Shown piece after piece: positions 35,285-45,654 of a stretch of 64,000 nucleotides of DNA. The first letter of the stretch is position 1, and every line of letters begins with the position of its first letter. Source of the DNA: Nitrososphaerales archaeon (GTDB taxonomy: Archaea; Thermoproteota; Nitrososphaeria; Nitrososphaerales; UBA57); NCBI GenBank assembly GCA_047517285.1, contig JAKZTE010000010.1, positions 10,852-74,851 of the forward strand. The letters run 5' to 3'. The translations under genes were made by a program, and so were the position numbers. The notes below the pieces were generated by a model. That model made no database searches. It saw nothing but the letters and a program-made list of their open reading frames with translations, and was not told the origin of the DNA.

Positions 35285-37491
35285 GCACTATTGAATCAAT
35301 AGATCATTCTCTTACTGATAATGAACTAGAATACATAGAAAAATCTCTTAATCGCAAACCCAACAATGTCGAACTATCAATGATTGATGCACAATGGTCT
35401 GAACATTGTAGCTACAAATCATCTAAATCACTTCTTAAACTTCTTCCTACTAAAGGCAAGAGAGTCTTATTTGGTCCGGGTTATGAAGCAGGAGTATTGG
35501 ATGTAGATAATGGGCAAGTACTTACAATGCATATCGAAAGTCATAATCATCCTTCTGCAATAGACCCATATGGCGGAGCTGCTACCGGAGTGGGAGGTGT
35601 TTTACGTGATATTCTATCAATTGGAACACGACCTATTGCAGTTCTTGACTCGCTACGATTTGGTAATTTGAGTAATCCAAATAATCGTTGGTTGCTCCAG
35701 AATGTCGTTCGTGGAATTGCTGATTACGGAAACTGCGTTGGAATCCCTACTATCGGAGGCGAACTTTCTTTTGATAGCTGTTTTGATACAAATTGCCTAG
35801 TGGATGTTGTATCCATTGGCGTAGGCAAGAAGAAACAATTGATCTTTTCTGAAGCAAAGAACGTTGGTGATATTCTTGTATTATTGGGAAATAGTACTGG
35901 CAGAGATGGAATTCACGGCTCCTCATTTGCATCAAAAGATTTAGAAGACATACCTACCGACAGATCCGCAGTACAAATTCCTGATCCATTCATTAAAAAA
36001 CTCATCATAGAAGGTACGATGGATGCCATAGACGCCGGCCTTGTTTCTGGACTCAAAGACCTGGGCGGAGGAGGCTTGGCCTGTTGTTTGTCAGAAGTTA
36101 GTGATATGGGTAAGACTGGGGTTGAAGTGGATCTTGGAAAAATTCATTTACGTGAATCTGGAATGGAGCCATATGAAATTCTTATTTCTGAATCACAGGA
36201 AAGAATGCTGTTCATAATAAATCCTGATAATCTTGATACTATCTCAAAGTGTTTTGATAAATACAATTTACAGTATTCTATTATTGGAAAAGTTACTGGC
36301 ACAAAACATGTAGTTATTATTAATAATGGCGATATGATAGTAGATCTACCTACTGAACTAATTGCTAATGCTCCATTAATTAACTGGCCGAAGACTAAAC
36401 CGAAGCATCTCGATAGTAAATCTGTTTCTAAACCTGAACTACCTGTCGACATAAATGAAACATTGCTGAAAGTTCTATCTTCTCCAAATCTTGCCGACAA
36501 ATCATGGGTTTTTCAGCAATACGACCATGAAGTTGGAACTAATACAATAGTTAAACCTGGTGAATCTGGTGCATCTGTAATCCGAATCGCACCTGAAAAA
36601 TTTATTGCTATTTCTGTTGACGGTAATCCCTCCCATTGTTATCTTGATCCTTATAATGGTGCGGCAGGAGTTGTTGCAGAAGCAATGAGGAATGTAATAT
36701 CTGTTGGCGCTGAACCTATCGCTATGTTGGATCATTTACAATTTGGAAACCCTAGTAATTCTGATGTATTTTGGACATTTAATGAAACGATTAAATCTAT
36801 TTCAGATTTCTGTTCTTATATTGGAATACCTTGCGTTGGTGGAAAAGTTAGCTTCTATAACGAAGACGCAAAGACCCACAAGGCTATTAAACCAAGCCCT
36901 GTAATCTCTGTTGCTGGATTGATAAAAGGCGAACATAACCTTAGGACTAGGAAACTTCATTCTTCTCGACCTCTTATTGTTATGGTTGGCGAAACATTTG
37001 ACGAGCTAGGAGGATCCGAGTATTATTCATCTACTGGACATGGTCAAGATGGCATTGTTCCACAATTGAACTTCGAACTTGAAAAACGTGCTCAAAAACT
37101 TGTTCGTGACTGTATTAAAGTTGGATTATTTGGCGCAGTTAACGATTGTTCAAAAGGCGGTTTAATTCATTCTCTTTTACAAATGTGCACTATTAGCGAC
37201 ATGGGAGCTTCAATAGATCTTTCTAATATACCTTCTAATTGTAAACGTTGGGATGAGTTGCTGTTCTCTGAGTCTCATTCACGATTTATTACAACCATTA
37301 AAAAAGAGAATTTCACCAACTTGCTTAATATATCTAGAAATCACGACATTCCTGTTTCAATAATAGGTTCAATTGGCGGTCATAATCTACAAATTTACAA
37401 TAAGGACGACAATCTATTCTCTTATGATCTTGATTATATCCGATCTTATGCATATGATAGTTTATCTAAATTTATGGGCGGTCAGCTATGA
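35281..37491 (+). CDS. purL: FGAM synthase subunit PurL
   Basis: 736 aa with the duplicated PurM-like fold. ..QWSEHCSYKSS.., ESHNHPSAIDPYGGAATGVGG. Confidence 0.93.
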   Translation: MSTIESIDHSLTDNELEYIEKSLNRKPNNVELSMIDAQWSEHCSYKSSKSLLKLLPTKGKRVLFGPGYEAGVLDVDNGQVLTMHIESHNHPSAIDPYGGAATGVGGVLRDILSIGTRPIAVLDSLRFGNLSNPNNRWLLQNVVRGIADYGNCVGIPTIGGELSFDSCFDTNCLVDVVSIGVGKKKQLIFSEAKNVGDILVLLGNSTGRDGIHGSSFASKDLEDIPTDRSAVQIPDPFIKKLIIEGTMDAIDAGLVSGLKDLGGGGLACCLSEVSDMGKTGVEVDLGKIHLRESGMEPYEILISESQERMLFIINPDNLDTISKCFDKYNLQYSIIGKVTGTKHVVIINNGDMIVDLPTELIANAPLINWPKTKPKHLDSKSVSKPELPVDINETLLKVLSSPNLADKSWVFQQYDHEVGTNTIVKPGESGASVIRIAPEKFIAISVDGNPSHCYLDPYNGAAGVVAEAMRNVISVGAEPIAMLDHLQFGNPSNSDVFWTFNETIKSISDFCSYIGIPCVGGKVSFYNEDAKTHKAIKPSPVISVAGLIKGEHNLRTRKLHSSRPLIVMVGETFDELGGSEYYSSTGHGQDGIVPQLNFELEKRAQKLVRDCIKVGLFGAVNDCSKGGLIHSLLQMCTISDMGASIDLSNIPSNCKRWDELLFSESHSRFITTIKKENFTNLLNISRNHDIPVSIIGSIGGHNLQIYNKDDNLFSYDLDYIRSYAYDSLSKFMGGQL

Positions 37492-38906
37492 AAGAAAAAT
37501 GTGGTTTATTTGCAGCATTCTCCAATTCCAAAACTGATGTTATACCTCTTGTAACAATCGGTTTGCGAGGTCTGCAACATAGAGGTCAAGAAGCTTGGGG
37601 CATCGCCACTTCAACAATGAGTCCTTTCAAACAAAATGGACTCGTCACTGATAATCTGGAACAATCTGCTCAAGTTCTTCAACAAATGAAAAGTAGTGTT
37701 GCAATTGGTCATGTGAGATATTCTACCGCCGGCGGCACATCTCTTTCCAATGCCCAGCCTTTCTCTATAAATAAAAAATTCTGTATAGCACATAACGGAA
37801 CTGTTTGCGATCTTACTTCTGTAAATACTAAGATTACTGGCCAAAAACCTAGAAGAATCAATGATACATCTATAGTTGGTAAAAGATTATTGGCTATTCT
37901 GAAGACAAATAACTTCGATTGGTTTAAATCAATAGAATTATTATGCGACGAACTAGTTGGGGCCTATTGTTTTGTAATCTTAACTCCTAATAATGAAATA
38001 TACGCATTTAGAGATACTCGTGGTTTTCGACCTTTATGTATTGGGTGGCATAAAAAATCAAAAACATATTTAATATCTTCTGAAAGCTGTGGATTCTCAA
38101 TGATTGGCGCTGAATTGAAACGTGATGTTCAGCCTGGAGAAATAGTTAAAATCTCAAATAAAGGCTTAGAGTCGTATTCATTTTCACGAGGAGAAAGAAC
38201 TGCCCATTGCTCTTTTGAATATATTTATTTTGCACATCCTAGTTCTGTCATTGATAACATAAGTGTTTATGAAAGTCGACGTAGATTGGGTAAAATGCTG
38301 GCTGAACTGTATGATGACGTAAAAGGCGATGTTGTTGTTCCTGTTCCTGATTCTGCACGACCTGCTGCTCTTGGCTTCTCTGAAAAATCAGGAATTCCTA
38401 TGGTGGAAGGATTAATGAAAGACAGATATGCAAAACGCGGAAGCCAAAGAAGCTTTATTCAACCAAAATATAAAGAACGCCTAAAAATAAATCGTTGGAT
38501 TATGCCTGTTAAGAGTGCAGTCAATGGAAAAGATGTTATTGTTATCGACGATAGTATAGTTCGTGGAATAAGTTCTAAAGCTATTGTTAAAACACTTCGT
38601 ACTTCTGGCGCAAAAAGTGTTAAAATTCTTGTTACTTATCCTCCAATTCGTCATCCTTGCCGTGCTGGCATTGACTTTCCGACACACGAAGAATTGATTG
38701 CATATAATACGTCTGGTAAAAATTCTGATATAGATACTGTAAATAAAAATGTAAGTAAATCTGTTAACGCAGATTTTGTTGGTTATAATACTGTGGAAAA
38801 TCTTGCTCTTGGCATCGGAAAAAAAACCTCTGAATTGTGTATGGCTTGTCATGATGGAGAATACGGCGTTCTTAATCGTAATCTTAGTAATGACAATGCG
38901 GAGTGA
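37488..38906 (+). CDS. purF: Amidophosphoribosyltransferase
   Basis: 472 aa. Ntn Cys after a short propeptide (MKEK-CGLF), PRTase loop VIVIDDSIVRG, and C-terminal Cys ligands. Confidence 0.93.
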   Translation: MKEKCGLFAAFSNSKTDVIPLVTIGLRGLQHRGQEAWGIATSTMSPFKQNGLVTDNLEQSAQVLQQMKSSVAIGHVRYSTAGGTSLSNAQPFSINKKFCIAHNGTVCDLTSVNTKITGQKPRRINDTSIVGKRLLAILKTNNFDWFKSIELLCDELVGAYCFVILTPNNEIYAFRDTRGFRPLCIGWHKKSKTYLISSESCGFSMIGAELKRDVQPGEIVKISNKGLESYSFSRGERTAHCSFEYIYFAHPSSVIDNISVYESRRRLGKMLAELYDDVKGDVVVPVPDSARPAALGFSEKSGIPMVEGLMKDRYAKRGSQRSFIQPKYKERLKINRWIMPVKSAVNGKDVIVIDDSIVRGISSKAIVKTLRTSGAKSVKILVTYPPIRHPCRAGIDFPTHEELIAYNTSGKNSDIDTVNKNVSKSVNADFVGYNTVENLALGIGKKTSELCMACHDGEYGVLNRNLSNDNAE

Positions 38907-38918
38907 TTTATTCTGAAT

Positions 38919-40163
38919 GTGTTAGTCATAGGAGGGGGTGGAAGAGAACATGCTATTTGTGTTTCAATTTCAACTTCAAATCTTCTTGATACACTTTATT
39001 GTGTACCTGGCAATCCTGGTATTGAAGACGTTGCAATCTGTATTAAAGGGGACATAATGAATAATGATTTTATACTTGATGTCTGTAAAGAAAACTCAAT
39101 TGACTTTGTAATTGTTGGACCTGAAGCTCCTCTTACAAATGGAGTTGTTGACATACTCAATAGTGAGGATATCTATGTTTTCGGCCCTGATTCAAAAGCT
39201 GCTGAACTAGAAGGTTCAAAAATTTTTATGAAAGATCTTTGTAAAAAATATGAAATTCCTAGTGCTGCTTACGAGACTTTTTTTGATGCAGATTCTGCAA
39301 TTTCCTATATTGAATCTCAAAATATGCCTATAGTCATCAAAGCCAATGGCTTAGCTGCTGGCAAGGGAGTTATTATAGCTCATGAAAAATACAAGGCTAT
39401 ACAAGCTGTCAATGATATGTTAATTAACAACAAATTTGGTTCGGCAGGAGATTCTATAGTTATTGAAGAATTTTTAGAAGGACGTGAAACTAGTTTCTTT
39501 ATCATTTCAGACGGAAATACGGTGCTTCCTTTGGGATTTGCTCAAGATTATAAACCAATTTTTGAAGGAAATAAAGGACCCAATACTGGAGGCATGGGAT
39601 CTTATAGCCCTGTTGAATACGTCGATTCTACTTTAGGAAAAGAAATTTTATCTCTTGCTCAAAAGACAATTGACTCGATGAATAAAGAAGGTCGTACATA
39701 TCGTGGCGTTCTATATGTTGGATTGATGCTTACTGAAAACGGACCAAAGATATTAGAGTACAACGTACGTTTTGGAGACCCTGAATGCCAAGTACTCCTT
39801 CCACGTATCAAAAATGACTTGTTAGAAATCTTATTTCTCTCAAGTAAAGGCGAACTGGATGTAGTTACTGATTATGAACTATACGATGATTCAACTATTT
39901 GCGTTGTTATATCTTCTCCCGGCTATCCTGAAAAACCAATAACTGGATCTGAGATAGTTATTGAAAATAATTATAATATATTACATGCCGGAACTGAAAA
40001 GAAGAGTAATAAATTATACTCAAAAGGAGGCCGTGTTTTAAATCTACTTGGCAAAGGTTCTACCCTTTCACTTGCTAGGGACGAAGCATATAAATTAATA
40101 AATGGCATAACATGGAAAGATATGTATTATAGAAGGGATATAGGTTTAATTGAAAATGAGTAA
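38919..40163 (+). CDS. purD: Phosphoribosylamine-glycine ligase
   Basis: 414 aa with a GTG start. VIGGGGREHA and an ATP-grasp core. Confidence 0.93.
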   Translation: MLVIGGGGREHAICVSISTSNLLDTLYCVPGNPGIEDVAICIKGDIMNNDFILDVCKENSIDFVIVGPEAPLTNGVVDILNSEDIYVFGPDSKAAELEGSKIFMKDLCKKYEIPSAAYETFFDADSAISYIESQNMPIVIKANGLAAGKGVIIAHEKYKAIQAVNDMLINNKFGSAGDSIVIEEFLEGRETSFFIISDGNTVLPLGFAQDYKPIFEGNKGPNTGGMGSYSPVEYVDSTLGKEILSLAQKTIDSMNKEGRTYRGVLYVGLMLTENGPKILEYNVRFGDPECQVLLPRIKNDLLEILFLSSKGELDVVTDYELYDDSTICVVISSPGYPEKPITGSEIVIENNYNILHAGTEKKSNKLYSKGGRVLNLLGKGSTLSLARDEAYKLINGITWKDMYYRRDIGLIENE

Positions 40164-40599
40164 CAAAGTAGCTGTAATTTCCGGTAGTAAATCTGATTCA
40201 AATATTACTGATTCAATTGGCAAAATCTTTAATGACTTTGGAGTTGATCATGAGATTCGTGTAATTTCTGCACATCGCAATCATGATGAATTACAAGAAT
40301 ACGTGTCGAATTCAGACGCTGATATATTTATTGGCGTTGCAGGTCTTTCTGCTCATCTTCCTGGAGTTTTATCTGCTCTTACTACTAAACCTGTTATTGG
40401 CGTTCCCGTTGAAGCTAAATTAGGCGGAATTGATTCATTACTTTCTATCGTACAAATGCCACCTGGAATTCCAGTAGCTACTGTTGGAATTGATAATGGA
40501 AAAAATGCAGCTTTATTGGCTATAGCTATATTGTGCTTAAACGACAATAATCTTCATGACAAACTATTAGAATATAGAAAAAGCTGGAAAACAAAATGA
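40150..40599 (+). CDS. purE: N5-CAIR mutase / AIR carboxylase catalytic subunit PurE
   Basis: 149 aa. VISGSKSD, SAHRN, AGLSAHLPGV. Confidence 0.9.
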   Translation: MKMSNKVAVISGSKSDSNITDSIGKIFNDFGVDHEIRVISAHRNHDELQEYVSNSDADIFIGVAGLSAHLPGVLSALTTKPVIGVPVEAKLGGIDSLLSIVQMPPGIPVATVGIDNGKNAALLAIAILCLNDNNLHDKLLEYRKSWKTK

Positions 40600-41441
40600 G
40601 CCATGTAAATTCTGACTATTCTCTGATTAAACAGGGTAAGGTAAAATCTGCTTATCAATCTTCAACTAATCCTGATAATATTTTGTTTGACTTTTCAGAC
40701 CGTATCTCTGCATTTGACGTAATTCTTCCCACTGCTATTCCTGAAAAAGGCGAGATCTTATGTAAATTTGCAAAATTCTTTTTTGATAATCTACATGTAG
40801 ATCATCACCTAATCGATATTGTTGATTCTACCCAAATGATAGTTAAAAAACTCGATATGATTCCTATTGAATGCATTGTTCGTGGTTATCTCTATGGCGG
40901 TCTATTTGAACGAGTTAACAATGGTGAAATCAAAGTAGACTGCGATAATGTTTTAGCTACCCAATTATCAGAACCTATTTTCGATCCTACTACTAAATCT
41001 GATATTAAAGATGAACCTATAACTGAATCTGAAATTCTTTCTCAGAATATTGTTTCAGAAGATGAATTGAATTACTTAAAAAATACTTCTATTGATATTT
41101 ACAAAAAAATTCTTGACATGGCATCTAAATCCGGTTTTCTTATTGCTGATCTGAAACTCGAATTCGGCAAAGATAGATCTGGTAATATTCTTCTTGCTGA
41201 TTCAATTGGCCCTGATGAATTTCGATTATGGTCTCTTGACAAATATGAAATTGGAAAAACTCAGGAAAGTTTTGATAAACAAATTCTTCGTGATTGGCTT
41301 ATTGATTCTGGTTATAAAAAACAACTTGACGACGCAAGGAATAATAAAGTAGAATTACCTAATCCACCTGTACTTCCGCAAGACCTTGTAGACTTGATTC
41401 AAGAACGCTATATAATAGCTTATGAGAACTTCTCAAAATAG
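40596..41441 (+). CDS. purC: SAICAR synthetase
   Basis: 281 aa. GKVKSAY.., DRISAFD, LADLKLEFG. Confidence 0.9.
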   Translation: MSHVNSDYSLIKQGKVKSAYQSSTNPDNILFDFSDRISAFDVILPTAIPEKGEILCKFAKFFFDNLHVDHHLIDIVDSTQMIVKKLDMIPIECIVRGYLYGGLFERVNNGEIKVDCDNVLATQLSEPIFDPTTKSDIKDEPITESEILSQNIVSEDELNYLKNTSIDIYKKILDMASKSGFLIADLKLEFGKDRSGNILLADSIGPDEFRLWSLDKYEIGKTQESFDKQILRDWLIDSGYKKQLDDARNNKVELPNPPVLPQDLVDLIQERYIIAYENFSK

Positions 41442-42494
41442 TTGAAAATGAATAAATCATGGTCATATAAAAAAGCAGGAGTTGATATACGTAGTATCAA
41501 GTCTAGCCATTCTGTTATATCTAAATTACTCAATCCAACCCTTTCACTTCGAGATGGAAGAATTGGCGAAGTAGTCAACGGCTCGGGTCACTATGCAGGC
41601 GTTGTAAAACTACGTAATAATGAATATCTTGCATTACATACTGATGGCGTTGGAACTAAAGTTCTCATCGCTCAACAATATTCAAAATTTGATACTGTTG
41701 GAATCGACTGTATTGCAATGAATGTAAATGATCTCATCTGTGTTGGAGCTGAGCCAATATCTCTCGTTGATTATATTGCACTGAAAAAAAACAATCCTTT
41801 ACTATTGAAAGAAATAACCAAAGGATTAGCTAAAGGTTCCAAGCTATCTGCAACTCCTATTATTGGAGGCGAGACTGCAATAATGCCTGATGTAATTGAA
41901 GGATATGGAAATAAAGCATTTGATCTTGCCGCATCAGCTATTGGTATAATAAATAAAAAAACTAACATGCTTAATCGAAAAATTAAATCCGGTGATATAA
42001 TTATTGGTCTTAGAAGCTCTGGCATTCATTCAAATGGCGCCACACTTGCACGAAAAGTCCTATTGAATAAATATTCTCTTCGTAAAAAAATATACAAATC
42101 AAAACGCTTGGGCGACATTTTGCTTGAACCAACAATAATCTATTCACAAGCTATTATGACAATTCTTAATAACGTTAAATCAATTCATGGACTCGCTCAC
42201 ATAACCGGTGGAGCATTCACTAAATTACCTCGTATAGGTTCAAGTTCTATAGGATTCTCTATCGACCTGCCCGAACCTCCATTGATTTTTGATTTGATTC
42301 AAAGAACTGGTAATATCTCAAACAAAGAAATGCATAGAACGTTCAATATGGGCTATGGATTTGTTATTGTCTGCCCAAAATCTCAACACAATAATGTCGT
42401 TTCTATCCTGGACGAATATAAGATAAAGAACGACGTTATCGGAGAAATATTCTCTGGTTCGGGCGTGAAAGTTAACGGTAAATCCGTGCTATAG
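41442..42494 (+). CDS. purM: AIR synthetase (phosphoribosylformylglycinamidine cyclo-ligase)
   Basis: 350 aa. YKKAGVDI, HTDGVGTK, DCIAMNVNDL, GGETA. Confidence 0.92.
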   Translation: MKMNKSWSYKKAGVDIRSIKSSHSVISKLLNPTLSLRDGRIGEVVNGSGHYAGVVKLRNNEYLALHTDGVGTKVLIAQQYSKFDTVGIDCIAMNVNDLICVGAEPISLVDYIALKKNNPLLLKEITKGLAKGSKLSATPIIGGETAIMPDVIEGYGNKAFDLAASAIGIINKKTNMLNRKIKSGDIIIGLRSSGIHSNGATLARKVLLNKYSLRKKIYKSKRLGDILLEPTIIYSQAIMTILNNVKSIHGLAHITGGAFTKLPRIGSSSIGFSIDLPEPPLIFDLIQRTGNISNKEMHRTFNMGYGFVIVCPKSQHNNVVSILDEYKIKNDVIGEIFSGSGVKVNGKSVL

Positions 42495-42508
42495 TTGAAT
42501 AATCTGAT

Positions 42509-43552
42509 TTATTGATGTATTCTACACGAATCTTCTGGATCTGTGTTCGAATATGTACAAGTAAAGCAGTTATTCTTTGATTCTTTTAATCTCTTGTCAA
42601 ATTCTTCTTCTTCATATACTCCAAATTTGTTGTAAACGCTCTTGTATTTTGCAGCATTGTCTCCAAATAACAATACAATCTTTCCCTCAAGTTTGTTTAT
42701 GGTCTTGTTTAAAGCCGCTAAAACAGATCCAGTTGACGGCCCTGCAAATAAATTCTCTGCCGATGATAGTTTCTTTATCATATCAAAAGATTCTTTGTCA
42801 GTAACTGTTATCTTTTCATCAATTACTTCCATCCTTCTTTTTAATAGTTCTGGTTTCTCTGATTCATCTAGGTTTCTTAAACCCTGTATGTTGTGATTTT
42901 TCTGTGGTTCCGCGGCAATTATCTTGATATCTGGATTCTTTTCTTTCAAATAAGTCCCCACTCCTGTAATTGTCCCACCTGTTCCAATTCCTGTTATGAA
43001 TGCACCTACTTCACCATTGGTCTCTTCCCAAATTTCTGGTCCAGTTCCATAATAATGCGATCTAAAATTCGCATCATTGTTGTATTGGTTTGGGGAATAA
43101 TATTCACCTGGGTGGTTTTTTATTAATGCTGAAGCCAATGCTATTGCCTGATCTGTTCCTGGCCCAACTCTTGGACATAAATCATCTTCTGTCTCCAGAA
43201 GTTTTGCCCCATTTGCCTTTAGAATATTCTTTGTTTCATCACTCATTCTTTCTGGCACTGCCAATTCTATTTTATACCCTAGTGATTTTGCAAAATGACT
43301 TAATGCAACTCCTGTATTCCCAGAAGTTGGTTCAATTAATGTTGTTTTATCTCTAACTAGATTCCCTTGTTTCTCTCCTTCGTTTAACATCCATGATGCA
43401 GGTCTTGCTTTTACAGAACCTGAAGGATTACACCATTCAATTTTTGCATATACTTCTCTTAAATCAAATAAATTGTTTAATCTAACAAGTGGTGTATTGC
43501 CTACTTCTTTTACTATGTCTTCTGCATTAGATATGTCTGATTGCGCCTGCAA
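42509..43552 (-). CDS. PLP-dependent cysteine synthase family enzyme (CysK/CysM/O-phosphoserine sulfhydrylase-like) with Cys-rich C-terminal tail
   Basis: 347 aa with a TTG start. GNTPLVRL, NPSGSVKARPA (PLP lysine), TSGNTG, GIGTGGTITG. An extra ~45 aa end in ..NNCFTCTYSNTDPEDSCRIHQ. Confidence 0.75.
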   Translation of the reverse strand: MQAQSDISNAEDIVKEVGNTPLVRLNNLFDLREVYAKIEWCNPSGSVKARPASWMLNEGEKQGNLVRDKTTLIEPTSGNTGVALSHFAKSLGYKIELAVPERMSDETKNILKANGAKLLETEDDLCPRVGPGTDQAIALASALIKNHPGEYYSPNQYNNDANFRSHYYGTGPEIWEETNGEVGAFITGIGTGGTITGVGTYLKEKNPDIKIIAAEPQKNHNIQGLRNLDESEKPELLKRRMEVIDEKITVTDKESFDMIKKLSSAENLFAGPSTGSVLAALNKTINKLEGKIVLLFGDNAAKYKSVYNKFGVYEEEEFDKRLKESKNNCFTCTYSNTDPEDSCRIHQ

Positions 43553-43669
43553 CTCTTTTCATTTATCATGCCGTTATATCATTATATAAATCCTTCTTCA
43601 AAATACCCGTTAAATAAAAATTGATAACAGGTGTTATAGCTTTATATTATTTAATTTTGGTAAAGGAAT

Positions 43670-44425
43670 ATGCAATCTACTCTTGATATAAAGGACCTTC
43701 ATGTGTCTGTAGAAGGTAAGCCAATTCTCAAAGGTTTGAGCTTAACAGTTAACAAAGGCGAAAATCATGCAATTATGGGACCAAATGGATCTGGTAAAAG
43801 TACATTGGCAAATACTCTGATGGGCCATCCAAAATACGTAGTCGATAAAGGCGATATATTAATCGACGGTGAAAATATTGTTAAACTTTCTCCCGACAAA
43901 AGAGCAAAAAAAGGACTCTTTTTAGCATTTCAATACCCACACGAAGTTTCAGGCGTCAGCGTTTTTAATTTCCTCCGTGCATCATTTAATTCTATATCCG
44001 AAACACCTGACGGTAAACCCTTGTCTATCATTGGTTTTAGGAAATACCTTAGAGAAAAAATGGAAATTCTTGGTATAGACGAATCTTTTGTTAAAAGATA
44101 TATAAACGAAGGTTTTTCTGGCGGCGAAAAAAAGAAAAGTGAAATTCTTCAAATGGCCGTTCTCAAACCTAAAATCGCGGTTCTTGACGAAACTGATTCT
44201 GGTTTGGATATAGATGCATTGAAGGTTGTTTCTGAGGCAGTAAACACAATGTCCGGACCTGATCTTGGAATTATATTAATTACTCACTACCAACGTATAT
44301 TGAAATATGTGAAACCCGAATTCGTTCATGTATTGATGGATGGAAGAATTGTAAAATCTGGTTCCATGTCTTTAGCTGAAGAACTTGAAAACAAAGGTTA
44401 TGATTGGATTCGTGAATCTCTATAG
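43670..44425 (+). CDS. sufC: Fe-S cluster assembly ATPase SufC
   Basis: 251 aa. Walker A GPNGSGKST, the ABC signature variant FSGGEKK, and Walker B AVLDETDSGLD are typical of SufC. Confidence 0.92.
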   Translation: MQSTLDIKDLHVSVEGKPILKGLSLTVNKGENHAIMGPNGSGKSTLANTLMGHPKYVVDKGDILIDGENIVKLSPDKRAKKGLFLAFQYPHEVSGVSVFNFLRASFNSISETPDGKPLSIIGFRKYLREKMEILGIDESFVKRYINEGFSGGEKKKSEILQMAVLKPKIAVLDETDSGLDIDALKVVSEAVNTMSGPDLGIILITHYQRILKYVKPEFVHVLMDGRIVKSGSMSLAEELENKGYDWIRESL

Positions 44426-45654
44426 TGCGTAGTAACATTTTTCAAGATATTAAAAACGATTTTCCTATATTCTCAAATCAAATTAATGGAAAAGATTTTG
44501 TTTATCTTGATAGTGCTGCCACCACTCAAAAACCAAATGACGTGATTGACTCGGTTGTTCATTATTATAAAAACTGTAACTCAAATATTCATCGTGGAAT
44601 ATACTCAATTAGTATTGAAGCAACAGAGCTTTATGAAAATGCTCGTAGTAATATCGGCAAATTCATAAACGCTAAATCGCCTCATGAGATTGTATTTACA
44701 CGTAATGCAACTGAATCTGTAAATCTAGTAGCTAATACGTGGGCGTCTCAGAATTTGAAGGAAGGGGATTCTATTATTCTTACCGAAATGGAACATCATA
44801 GCAATCTTGTACCTTGGCAAATTCTTGCTAAAAAACTAAATCTTAAACTCAATTTTATTGAAATTCAACCTGACGGCGAGCTAATTCTTGATAAATTGGA
44901 TAATTTGTTCCAAGAAAACGCAAAATTTCTTTCACTTACTCATGTATCTAATGTTTTGGGAACCATTAATCCAATTAAGAATATCATATCGAAAGCCCAT
45001 GAACACGGAATTACTACTCTTGTCGATGCAGCACAATCAGTTCCTCATATGCCTGTTAACGTTCAAGATTTAGACAGTGATTTCTTTGTCTTTTCAGGTC
45101 ATAAAATGCTAGGCCCTTCTGGCATAGGTGTTTTACATGCAAAGAAAACACTTCTTGAAAATATGGAACCATTTCTTTATGGAGGTGATATGATTTCCAA
45201 TGTTAGTTTACGAGAAGCTCAATGGAACGACGTCCCTTGGAAATTTGAAGCTGGAACTCCTAATATTGCCGGCGCTATTGGTTTGGGGAAAGCAGTAGAT
45301 TATCTCAATCACATTGGTATGGATGCTATCCACAAACATGAACAAGAATTATATAATTATGCTATTGATAGATTTTCTGAATTAAAAGATTTCAAAATAT
45401 TCGGTTTAGAAAACAAACATTCCACCGGAGGAGTCATATCATTCTCCTATTCTGATTTTCATCCTCATGATATTGCAACAATTCTTGATGGTGAATCTAT
45501 AGCTGTACGTGCTGGCCATCATTGTGCCCAGCCTCTTATGGAAAAACTGGGTGTTCCTGCTACTACGAGAGCGAGTTTTTATGTTTATAATGACACATCA
45601 GATATTGATAAATTATTTAATGGTTTACAAAAAGTAAGAAGTGTATTGACTTAA
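44425..45654 (+). CDS. sufS: Cysteine desulfurase, SufS subfamily
   Basis: 409 aa with a GTG start. HHSNLVPWQ, SGHKM (PLP Lys), RAGHHCAQP (catalytic Cys loop). Confidence 0.92.
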   Translation: MRSNIFQDIKNDFPIFSNQINGKDFVYLDSAATTQKPNDVIDSVVHYYKNCNSNIHRGIYSISIEATELYENARSNIGKFINAKSPHEIVFTRNATESVNLVANTWASQNLKEGDSIILTEMEHHSNLVPWQILAKKLNLKLNFIEIQPDGELILDKLDNLFQENAKFLSLTHVSNVLGTINPIKNIISKAHEHGITTLVDAAQSVPHMPVNVQDLDSDFFVFSGHKMLGPSGIGVLHAKKTLLENMEPFLYGGDMISNVSLREAQWNDVPWKFEAGTPNIAGAIGLGKAVDYLNHIGMDAIHKHEQELYNYAIDRFSELKDFKIFGLENKHSTGGVISFSYSDFHPHDIATILDGESIAVRAGHHCAQPLMEKLGVPATTRASFYVYNDTSDIDKLFNGLQKVRSVLT

